A stretch of 64,000 nt of DNA, taken from positions 4,962,001 to 5,026,000 of the forward strand of contig CM119371.1 of assembly GCA_051294905.1 (NCBI GenBank), written 5' to 3'. This stretch comes from Botryllus schlosseri (lineage: Eukaryota). Positions 36,826-48,400 of this stretch are shown here, one piece after another. Position 1 is the stretch's first letter. The number at the start of each line of letters is the position of its first letter. Position numbers and translations under genes: made by a program. Under the pieces are notes generated by a model. It made no database searches, had not been told where the DNA came from, and worked only from the letters and a program-made list of their open reading frames with translations.

Positions 36826-39531
36826 ATGACAAACATGTGCTGGATCTGTGGAAAGAGCTTCCATCGTAAGGGCGGATTGAAAGCTCACTTGCGATTCCAC
36901 CTTATAAATAGAAATACCGAATGTGAGATCTGCGGAAAAACCTTTGCTGCAATCAGTTTATTGAAAAAACATTTACTATCCCACACTTTTTTGAAAAATC
37001 ATGAACACAGAGGCATTGGCAAAGAGTATAATCAGATCGTTCACTTGAAAAGACATGCGGATACACGTACTGCTCACCTTGGAGTCAAAAACCGCGACTG
37101 TGAGATCTGTGGAAAATCATTTGTGCGGGTTGGCGACCTGAAAACGCATGTAAATATACATACTGGAAGCAAAAATTATCCATGTCAGATCTGCGGGCAA
37201 ACGTTTACCCGGCTTGGTCACTTGAAAACACATGGACAAACACATACTGGAGTAAAAAAGTATGCATGTCAGATTTGCGGAAAAGCGTTTACCCAGCTTC
37301 GTGACTTGAAACGACATGAGAATACACATACTGGAGTCAAAAACTGTGAGTGTCAGATCTGTGGAAAAGCGTTTGCCCGGATCGGACACTTGAAGACACA
37401 TGAAAATACACATAATGGAGTAAAAAACTATGCATGTCAGATTTGCGGAAAAGTTTTTACCCAGCTTGGTAGCTTGAAAGAACATGGAAATACACATACT
37501 GGAGTCAGAAAATATGCGTGTCAGATCTGCGGAAAAGCGTTTACCCGACTTTGTAGCTTGAAAATACATGGAAATACACATACTGGAGTCAAAAACTATG
37601 AGTGTCAGATCTGTGGAAAAGCGTTTGCCCGGATCGGACACTTGAAGACACATGAAAATACACATAATGGAGTAAAAAACTATGCATGTCAGATTTGCGG
37701 AAAAGTTTTTACCCAGCTTGGTAGCTTGAAAACACATGAAAATACACATACTGGAGTCAGAAAATATGCGTGTCAGATCTGCGGAAAAGCGTTTACCCAT
37801 CTTTGCAGCTTGAAAATACATGGAAATACACATACTGGAGTCAAAAACTATGAGTGTCAGATCTGCGGAAAAGCGTTTACCCATCTTGGTGCCTTGAAAA
37901 TACATGGAAATACACATACTGGAGTAAAAAACTATGCATGTCAGATTTGCGGAAAAGCGTTTACCCAGCTTCGTGACTTGAAACGACATGAAAATACACA
38001 TACTGGAGTCAAAAACTATGAGTGTCAGATCTGTGGAAAAGCGTTTGCCCGGATCGGACACTTGAAGACACATGAAAATACACATAATGGAGTCAAAAAC
38101 TATGCATGTCAGATCTGTGGAAAAACGTTTATCCAGCTCAGTCACTTGAAAACACATGAAAATACACATACTGGAGTCAAAAACTGTGCGTGTCAGATTT
38201 GCGGAAAAGCGTTTACCCTGCTTGGTAACTTGAAAAGACACAAACATACACATACCGGAGTCAAAAACTATGAGTGTCAGATCTGTGGAAAAGCGTTTGC
38301 CCGGATCGGACACTTGAAGACACATGAAAATACACATACCGGAGTCAAAAACTATGAGTGTCAAATCTGTGGAAAAGCGTTTGCACTGATGGGACACTTG
38401 AAGACACACGAGAATACACATACTGGAGTCAAAAACTATGCATGTCAGATATGCGGAAAAGCGTTTGCCCTGCTTTGTGACTTGAAAAGACATGGAAATA
38501 CACATACTGGAGTCAAAAACTATGCATGTCAGATATGCGGAAAAGCGTTTGCCCTGCCTGGTAACTTGAAACGACATGAGAATACACATACTGGAGTCAA
38601 AAACTATTCATGTCAGATCTGAGGGCAAACGTTTACCCGGCTTGGTCACTTGAAAACACATGGACATACACATACTGGAGTAAAAAAGTATGCATGTCAG
38701 ATCTGCGGAAAAGCGTTCACCCATCTTTGTAGCTTGAAAATACATGGAAATACACATACTGAAGTCAAAAACTATGAGTGTCAGATCTGCGGAAAAGCGT
38801 TTGCCCATCTTGGTGCCTTGAAAATACATGGAAATACACATACTGGAGTCAAAAACTATGAGTGTCAGATCTGCGGAAAAGTGTTTGCTCGGATCGGACA
38901 CTTGAAGACACACGAGAATACACATACTGGAGTAAAATACTATGCATGTCAGATTTGCGGAAAAGTGTTTACCCAGCTTGGTAGCTTGAAAGAACATGGA
39001 AATACACATACTGGAGTCAAAAACTATGCATGTCTGATTTGCGGAAAAGCATTTACCCATCTTCGTGACTTGAAACGACATGAAAATACACATACTGGAG
39101 TTAGAAACTATGCATGTCAGATCTGCGGAAAAGCGTTTACCCAGCTTGGTGCCTTGAAAAGACATGGAAATACACATACTGGAGTCAAAAACTATGAGTG
39201 TCAGATCTGTGGTAAAGCGTTTAGTCTGCTCAGTGACTTGAAAACACATGAAAAGACACATACCGGAGTCAAAAACTATGCATGTCAGATTTGCGGAAAA
39301 GCGTTTACCCAGCTTGGTGCCTTGAAAAAACATGGAAATACACATACTGGAGTCAAAAACTATGAGTGTCAGATCTGTGGTAAAGCGTTTAGTCCGCTAA
39401 GTAACTTGAGAACGCACGTGCATACACATACACATACCGGAGTCAAAAATTATGAGTGCCAGACGTGCGGGAAAGCGTTTACCCTGCTTGGTAACTTGAA
39501 AAGACATGGAAATACACATACAGTAAAATAG
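36826..39531 (+). CDS. Tandem C2H2 zinc-finger protein (31 fingers plus 1 degenerate) interrupted by an in-frame TGA at 38620-38622; either a 20-finger truncated product or a young pseudogene
   Basis: ORFs 36826-38622 and 38650-39531 are in the same frame. Repeats are CxxC-x12-H-x3-H with TGVKNY linkers and an 84-bp period. In-frame TAA upstream at 36814-36816, candidate acceptor ttttcag ending ~36719, AATAAA at ~39823. Confidence 0.9.
37170..39520 (+). repeat. 84-bp coding minisatellite (zinc-finger array)
   Basis: Near-identical units such as tgtcagatctgcggaaaagcgttt...cacatactggagtcaaaaactat, repeated ~28 times. Confidence 0.95.
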
Positions 39532-42500
39532 CGGAATGCATATCTTTTTCTTCTCGCGATGATGATCTCGAACATGAAGCAGTAATATTGACAGGAATAC
39601 CTTATACTAAAATATGCTGTTACTTAGAGTAGACGTTCATTCACTCTGCTATCATGTCAATACGATTTAATATTGCGATCAAATTTGTACGAGTACTCAA
39701 CGCATATATCTTTGAATCACCTTTCCAGCTAAACGATTACTGTGCCGGCTGTCTAGAAATTGTGGTGGACTTGCATCTTCGTGTTACTAAGACTCTTGCC
39801 CATGTCCATTTGTCGTTGCCACAATAAAAATTTCTCTATACGTTGTTTTTTATCATCTATATTTTTTTCTTCAGTTTGAACATGTTTCTCCTATTTTCAT
39901 ATTTTAATTACGGTGTATGATTACTGCCTGAAAATTTCTTTCCCACTGCCCTAATCAGTTTCAATTAAGACATCTTTTGCGGTAATTTGCACTGGGTCTG
40001 TTGTTTAGAGAAGTTTGATGTGGATATTCAAATCTTTGTATCACAGTGTGATTAGCTAATACTATAGTTTATGTCACCTAAATTTTAAGCTTCGTGTGCA
40101 TTATCCTTTGTCATATTGTCTGTTTATTAGCAGTCTGTGCATATCGTTTTCAATTTCGTGTTAAATTGTAATGTTGTGGCCGTTCTGTAAATATGTGTTT
40201 CTCCTTGCCATCCATTTCATGCAATTTGTCGACATTTTCACTTCCTCATGGTAGTAGACGTGAAATGATACCCGTACGATTTGTGATGCAGGTGATTAGC
40301 ATATCATTGATCGCTATCCTTTGTGATGGTGAGATTATGAACAGTCAGCCGCAACAAATATTATTTTTATTCTGTTTCACTTTGAAATCTATTGAATATC
40401 TGATCAATTCTGTGTGTATTTCTGATATACACTCGCTGGCTGCATCTTGTCAACAATTTCGTTCCTTCTTAAGATTTTTTTTTCATTCAGATTATTTGTA
40501 ATTCATACTGCTACAACGATGCACCACAGTGCTCCTTACCTTGTTTTGTTTGATGAAACATTGAAGCTGCTACGACGAACTCATGAACCTTGTTTACTAA
40601 AGAGGCAAACTGAGGTAAATCGTGATATGAATAATCATTGCGCATTCATTCATTCAACGTTTACGTTCCTCAGAAACTGCTGAAAACCGGCTCAACCATG
40701 GCGCCCAGAATTTTGGAAAGCCAACTACAGAGTTTCAACTGAAAGTTTTTCGTATGTCTTGGCAAAATCTAGTTCTTGATTAATTCGATTCTGAATCAAG
40801 TATTACATTTCAAGTCGCGTACTCGGGTTTCATTCATCAACACTAGAGCCCGACCGCTATCATATTTTTGAGCTGATAGGGACAAGCAGCACCTTCAATG
40901 ATAACCACGATATATTCAGGCTATAGTGAAATAATATGGCAACTAGTTTAAGACATATTTCCAAACCTTCAGAGCATTTATTTGAACAACTTTGCTATAC
41001 TTAGGTATGAAATAAACGAGAAAGGATGCATCTCAACGCATCCAAGCAGAGTCAGTCAGTAGCAATAGTAGCCTACCTCTACTTTCGCAGAATACTCAAT
41101 AAGGTTTTGACCCGCATTTTCACCCTTATTAGTAGTGATGACTCTGAGACGACTGCAAGAACATCACTCAACGAAAATCCGGTATCATGATTCACGACAA
41201 ACGAATACACGTGTTTCTAGTTTATCGGCAACTAAAATATTTTTGCATACACAAGTAGAACTTTAGAACTACTCACTTTTTAAAATCTGCAACTAAGTTA
41301 AGTAAGTATCTGAATTACAGGCATTGCTTCTGAAGTAGCATGAGAAAGTCAAATGTGTCTAGATATCGATCTCCATCGAAATTTTAATCACAAGCACGTC
41401 GTTTGATTTCACAGATTGTTCTAAGACAAGGATTTAGTCTGTATCGTTCTTGAGTTGTGTAAAAGAAGGGTAAAAGCATTTCCTCATTACAAATGTAATG
41501 TACCTCTTTCTGTTCCGGCCGAAAATGCAGTAGAACTGTCATGTTCATGACTAGCAGACTTTTACAACCAGATCATTATTTCTCTGGCTAAATATGGTAA
41601 AATGCTTATAATGTAATTCTAATCTAATTAGTCAACTATTTCTATATATACAGTGTGAAACAAGTCAAGATTGGTTAACAGTCATTTACTATTCTCATGC
41701 TTATGATAATCAAGTCCGATTTGATATGAACTGAACTCGATTTCTTTTCCCAACTAGGTAATTGTGATTCTAATCTAATTTGGAAAAATTTGTTCAATAT
41801 AATACAAATTCTAATCTAGTTTGGGTAATGTGATCATTTTTTCTGACGCAACTGCGATCACTTGGGCTGTGCACAATAATTTGATGACTCAAATCTGAAT
41901 CGAGTATCAATTCTCATCATTTGAGTCGAGTAGTAGGAACTAATTGTTTCGAGTACTGACAATATAGGCTCCATGCCACCAAAGGGAAAAATTATATTAA
42001 CAATTAGCTGAACTGAACCAATCGGAATTATACTTTCGATAATATTTCTCACCGTGAAAAGCTGTAAACCTCGATTGGTCGTATCGCAGCATACGGAACA
42101 TGTAGTACATAGCTACTCACGTTACTGAAAATGACATTTCTGCGAAGTCGGGACCAACATAAAGAGCATTGTCCCATAGAACGATGAATAGCTATGGTCA
42201 TAAAAATGCCAAATAATCTTTATAATGTGACTAAAATCGACATTACATTGTGGTGTTGCTGTGAAGTTAACATGAGTGACTCTAACTCATTACTAGATTC
42301 ATAATCCACCCTAATCACTCAGATACTGTATTTTAGACAGCCCTATTTATTACACGGTCAGTGCAAGTATTAGATGAAGTTTCTAGTTTGGAAGGTTCAC
42401 TGGTCTGCAAAAACTGTTGTCAAATTTGACCGTCCCTCGAACTCAGAAAGGTTGAAAACCACTGATTTATGTGTGTCCAACAAATAGTATTGTTATCCTC

Positions 42501-43368
42501 ATTCCAGCAATTCAATTACCTTATATTTTTGTTGTCAGTCGCTGATGGCAGTTTACAAAAGGAGATACGCCATCACAGAACCAGAGACCCTTTATCTCAT
42601 GCAACAGATTCTGCTGGATGTTGTTTATCGTCTAATCATTCACGGAGATAGCAAGGTAACATTGTATGCAGTCGTGCTTTCGTTAGTAATCTTCGAAAAT
42701 TATGTCAGAACCAGAGCCGACCGATGATTGGCTTGCCAATTTGTGGGATAAAACTACGCACATTATGTACCACTAACGTAAAATGATTGATGGCGCTACA
42801 AGCTCTCGAAAGTGGACTGGTACAAACTACTGGATTTTCAACACACGCCACAAGAAGTAGAATTGCTCACTTTTCCTAATTCTTTACTTGAAGCAATGAC
42901 CATTGAAAATCTGCTACTAACTAACTAATACACAACTCGCTAATGATTGTTTGGTTACTAAATTACAAATGAGCTGAGAAATATCGAAGATAGAATTGGC
43001 ATCTCCAATTGACGGGATTTCGAGATCGAAACGTGATGGTTTCGACACTCAATACTCAACCCTGCCTATACCAGTGTTTGCCGTCATGACCCAAACTCAA
43101 ATCCTGCTTATTTGGTGACTTGACTTGACTCGAGGCTAGGACTGTCACTGTACCTTCGGAGAATGGTTGAGTCACCACATGATTGGTATTTCGTATATCA
43201 GACCTGATACTTGGAAGAGGAAAATAACGATACTAGAAATGCCAGCCATTCTATATCACTCAAGGAGAGTTGGAAAAAGTGCTTTGAAACCGATTGGAAT
43301 GATTACTGAACAGTGAACGACCTCGAACTCGAGTCAAAACACTATGACTCTGACTCGACTGTCTAATA

Positions 43369-43671
43369 CAGTGGTTCTCAACCTTTTTTTAGACACGCCC
43401 CCCTTTTTGATAGTGAAAAATTTCGTGCCCCCTTATCGTCATATCTCAAAATCCAAATGGGATGCTGCTAGCAACCCCAACAGATTGTTTAGTGGTATGG
43501 TCGGTTATAAATGTTGATAAAAGTATAAAAAAAATATGAAAGTGGGTGTATATAGAGAGAAACACGCGTGCACTGGCGGTAAATCGCGCAGAGCGGGAAA
43601 ATATTTTTCAGGTAACCATTTCTTTGCGCCCCCCCTAAGATGTTTCACGCCCTCCAGGTTGAGAACCCCTG
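43369..43671. mobile_element. hAT MITE
   Basis: CAGTGGTTCTCAACC...GGTTGAGAACCCCTG termini with perfect TSD gtctaata. Confidence 0.88.
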
Positions 43672-44929
43672 GTCTAATAGCTGATTTGAACTCGCACTTG
43701 AATCGGTGGTGAATTGAAAATGACTCGACTCGAGTCAAAACTATTAAAGTGAGATTGACTTGTGACTTGGTTACAACCCTGCTCTGAGCTAGCAAAGGCT
43801 GTAAAAATATTATGCAACAGACCGCCAGTATCACGATGACACGCATTTTCTTTTTGTCGGCAACTACATTTTTTTAAATGCACAACTTGAAGTAGAACCA
43901 CTCGCTATTCAAGATCCGCTACTGCAACTGGAACAACTTGCTTTCATATTACGCAACTAAAACTCAAACTCCTCAAAATGGCAGTAGTTTGTTGACTATC
44001 AACTACCTGAATTGGTAGTTAGTACAAGTTTGTATACCAGTGTAATTGAATATGAAATTTGTATTGACAGCTTGGAATCTATTCCTGAACAATATGGAGG
44101 TTAAGATTGGAGATTTCGGTGAGATTTGATCCTGGCTACCAAAGTCGACTTCGACGGCCAAACAAAAATTCCTTTTTGTGGCACCCCCAACTATATTGCC
44201 CCGGAAGTTCTCGGAAAGAATGGGCACCGTTTCGATGTGGAGACCTGGTCGTTAGGCTGTGTTTTGTGAGTAAATAAGAACATTGATGTGTAAGTTTATT
44301 ATAAAGGCATCGCGAGGGTCTTAGGTGTAGGACTTGGAAATTTCGAGCACCTGAGTGATTTGAATCTGAATCCACTATTAGGCTTTTAGTTGAGTATCCG
44401 AGTGTTGCTCAGTGTGACGTCATAACAGCATGGATGATATGGAAAGTGCAGATACGTAGCTCTTGCGCGACCACAAAGAATATAATGGCAGTTCTTAGAT
44501 ATGCATCACATTGGAGGTGATTTTATATTTTTACGGCCACACCGAGCTGATTGCACTTTCTTGCAATACTGTGGGTACATTAATACTTAACTGAATATTC
44601 ACTTCCAATAACGTGCGTAGCTTCGTACTACATGTTCAGTTTGCTGTCATACGATCAATCGACGTTTCAAGGCTGCCACAATGGACAGGAGGGGTGTTCA
44701 AAAATAAACTTTTTTGGACTGCTGGTATTCACTGACTAAATTGTTAAGTTGCCTAAAAAGGCTACACCCCAGATTTGGCTCAATTGCAACCAGCCATCTG
44801 AAAAAAAGTTGCTTTTGAACTACCTAGTGGACAGTGCTACCAAAACTATAATTTTTGTCGAGTAGTAAGTAACGTGTCATTTTGGTGCTCGAAAAGATCA
44901 TCTCTCATTACTCGACTCGAATAATTCAG

Positions 44930-45400
44930 GGTATGGAAGTATGGTATGGTATTATTTCTTTACTTGACATGTGCTACTAATATAGAGACACAGAAGCACA
45001 AATGTGACAAGTAAGATACCACCAGCATACGCAGGAACGAATCATCGGACTTTCATATGGTAAGATTGGAAGCTCAACTCGAGAAATTGATCAATACTCA
45101 TCGAACATTGCAGTCTGCTATAAATATAGGTTGGTATTTATGTAATCTCTGATGTATTTCATTTTGAATCGTCTTCTTCTTACATGTAGGCCTATTTCTG
45201 CGAGTCGGAGATTTATACCATAATAGACTGCCGCGACCACTGAAGAATATCAAAATTTCTCTGTGCAAATCCAGTTTGTAAAATAACATTAAGGCAAATC
45301 CGACCGATATTGTGAAATCCATGAAAATGATTGCTTAGATACTTTGTCCACTGTGCAAAGCAGTAAACCTTGAATGGTCTAATCACAGCTTACAGATCAT
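44930..45400 (-). mobile_element. Decayed LINE-like 3' end with (ATACC)n tail
   Basis: Minus strand FSGRGSLLWY resembles the LINE ORF2 C-terminal G..LWN.LP motif, and the segment ends aaataataccataccatac. Confidence 0.4.
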
Positions 45401-48400
45401 ATAGTACAAACATACATGGACATTGCACAATACTGGAAATGACATATCTGTGAGTAGTGAACAAATCACACAACTGTCGTCAAGCGCAATTAAATCAAAG
45501 GAATACCAGATTATCTTGAAATGATGTAAAACTTGTATTATATTCTCTGTAGTGGAAGGTATTTATTACTTTCCACATCATCCATACTGTCGTGACATCA
45601 AAATAAGTCATACTTGAATACTCAACTCGAAGTCGCATACTCGACTCACAATCAGGTATTCAATTTTACCAAGCCATATGTTTGAAAACTCTAATATCCA
45701 AAGGCAGCACAAAATGAAGTCTCTTATTTGGAAGGTTCATTGGTCTTCAAAGTTCGTTGTAGAATTTGACAAGCCCGCTAGCTCAAACAGGTCGAGAACC
45801 ACTGATTTAGAAGTTCCTAACAAATGGTATTGTGTTTTCGAGTTATCAATCCAATTATCTTTGATTTTTCTTGTCAGTTGCTGATGGAAGTTTACAAAAG
45901 ACGGCGCATCATCACGGAACCAGAGACCCGTTATTATATGCAACAGATTTTGCTGAAGCTGTTTATCTCCAGGATTGTAACATCATTCACACGAAAATCA
46001 AAGTAAGTTTGGTTGTAGGGTATCATCAGACTATTGTAAACTACTGGATACTTTTCAATATGTGTACTGGAACTAGAACTACTCACTTTTTAAAACTCGC
46101 AACTACAACTAGAATAACTCACTTTTATAAACCCGCTGCTAAAACTAGAACTACTGATGCTTCAAAACGAGCAACTAGAACTGAAAATAGAGCTAGAATC
46201 ACTCGTTTTTGAGAACTCGTAACGAGAACCACTCACTTTTCAAAACTTGTAACAGCTAACACTAGAACTAATGACCTTTACAGTCTTGCAACTTATTTAA
46301 ACATAAAAAATGTATAATTACTAATGTATACAAATTACTTGATTGAAATGAGCTAAGAAATGTTGGGGACAAAATTATAGTTTGAAATGAGAGGGGTTTC
46401 GACCCCTGGACACGCCACTATTAGTACTGATGACTCTGAACTTGCAATGGCTGCCAGAACATCACAAAACATAACACCGGTGTCATGATTCACGACAAAC
46501 GGAGACACATGTTGATCGGTAACCAAAACATTTTTACATGTACAACTAGAAATAGAACTACTCTCTTTTTAACAAGATTAGAACAAAAACTTGTACTAAA
46601 AAACAGTAGTAAGTTCGCCATCAACAAACTAAATTGGTAGTTTATACAAGTCTGCAGTAGGCTATACATATCAAACATAATAATTTACATTGACAGCTGG
46701 ATTACTGGTTGCCAAACAACATCACACAATAAAGATCGGAGATCTCGGCCAACTATCTAGGTCGACTGTGACAGACAAGCAAAGAATACTTTTTGTGGGA
46801 TACCCAATTATATTGCCCGGAAAGTTCTCAGAAAGCAGGTGCACATTTTTGAAGTGGACAGCTTGACACTGGGTTGTGTTATGTAAGTATGACTAACAAA
46901 GTCTTAGGTGTAGGGCTGGGCAAGATCGATCACCTGATTGATTTGATACTGGATCGAAGATTAGGCTTCAAATATTCAAGTATCATTATTATAACGCCGT
47001 GACACCGATGATTTTGAAAGTGCAACTATGTACCTTTCACGAGACCACAAAAAATATATTGCCACTTCTACATCACATTTAAGATAAGTTTATTGCATTT
47101 CTGCCATACCTGTTCCGTTACACTTTGTGACAATGCTGTGGGTCGATCAAGACGTATGCGATATGACCAATCAAGGTATACAGCCTACCTCAGTGGAAAT
47201 TATCAAAACTATGATCCTCATTGATAAATTTTCAGCTTTACTGAATTAGATTAGAATTAGGTAAAGTTTTTTTCCTAATTAGATTAGAATTGCTGAAGTC
47301 GCGATGACTCGGACAATGAATCATTCTAATGATGAGAATAGAAAATGTCTGTACGTCAAGCTTGGATTGTTCCGTAGATGAAGCTCTATTGATGCATTTA
47401 CAGCAAAACCAAATATTACGTTAGAATTAAATGAGAGCATAGAAACATTTTGTTAATTAGATTAGAATTAGGTGACCGACATTTTGTTCTGATTAGTCTA
47501 GTTAGACAACTAGAATTAGCTAGTTGTCGCAACATCCCTCTTCGTAAGTTGATGCCTGTTTTTCTCCACCCTATGCATTGTTGGTCGGTAAGATGCCCTC
47601 TGAAGGCCAGACGTTGCAGGAAACCTCGAATATTAAAAAGAATGTATACCATTTTCCGTAAGATATATCGCCTGCAGCTTACGATCTTATCAAAAGGTAT
47701 TTTATGGTATGGTATGGTAAGGTATGACTCGAGTCAAGCTGTGTTGCGAATGCAAAGAATATAATGCCACTTTTACATCACATTAAAGATATCTAGAAAA
47801 TTTTTACCTTACTTATTTCGTTACACTTGTGACAATGCTGTGAGTTGATAGCGGCTTCACAGATATGTCATTTCCAGTAACATACGTAGACTTATACTGC
47901 ATGTTTCATATGCTACGATACGACCAATCGAGATATACTGCCTTCCATAGTAGAAATAGTATTGAAAGTATAATCCAAATTTTTGCCAGAATCGTGTAAC
48001 CAGGTGGTTACTTCACTATTATTCGAAATTACAATGAGATGCCGATCTTCGCCGTGTGAGACTCGAGTCATAAGACTTGGTCCGAGCCATGACTCGAGTC
48101 ATCAAAAATCGGGAGTTGAGTCATTACTCGAGTCATTACAACCCTGGACGTACCACTTTGAATTTCTACAAACCTAACAATTGACTATTATTATAAGTTT
48201 GCAAAGCAAATAAATTTTATCCACATCTCATCACAAAGGCAATGCTATTATCGAACAGTCGTATCACTTTAATCCTGTTTAGTTCTGCTGTAGCAGACAC
48301 AGAAACCTGTTGGTGACAAACCAGGGGCGACCATCATTTGCAGTAACGAATCACCAGACTTCCATATGGCAGGATCAGCTCAAGAAATCGATCGATACCA

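Noticed and set aside
38620..38622. TGA as selenocysteine at a Cys position
   Set aside because: No SECIS was identified, and a single C>A change from the sister finger explains it.
37117..39345. Long antisense ORFs (490 aa and 245 aa)
   Set aside because: These are shadow frames of the 84-bp ZF repeat, which lacks stops on the opposite strand; the product is a periodic artefact.
37170..39520. Regularly spaced repeats resembling a CRISPR array
   Set aside because: The units are coding C2H2 fingers without unique spacers, the context is eukaryotic, and no cas genes are present.
36826..39531. Naming the ZF gene PRDM9
   Set aside because: No PR/SET, KRAB or SSXRD exon is recognisable in the window, and the linkers differ; only the evolutionary pattern is similar.
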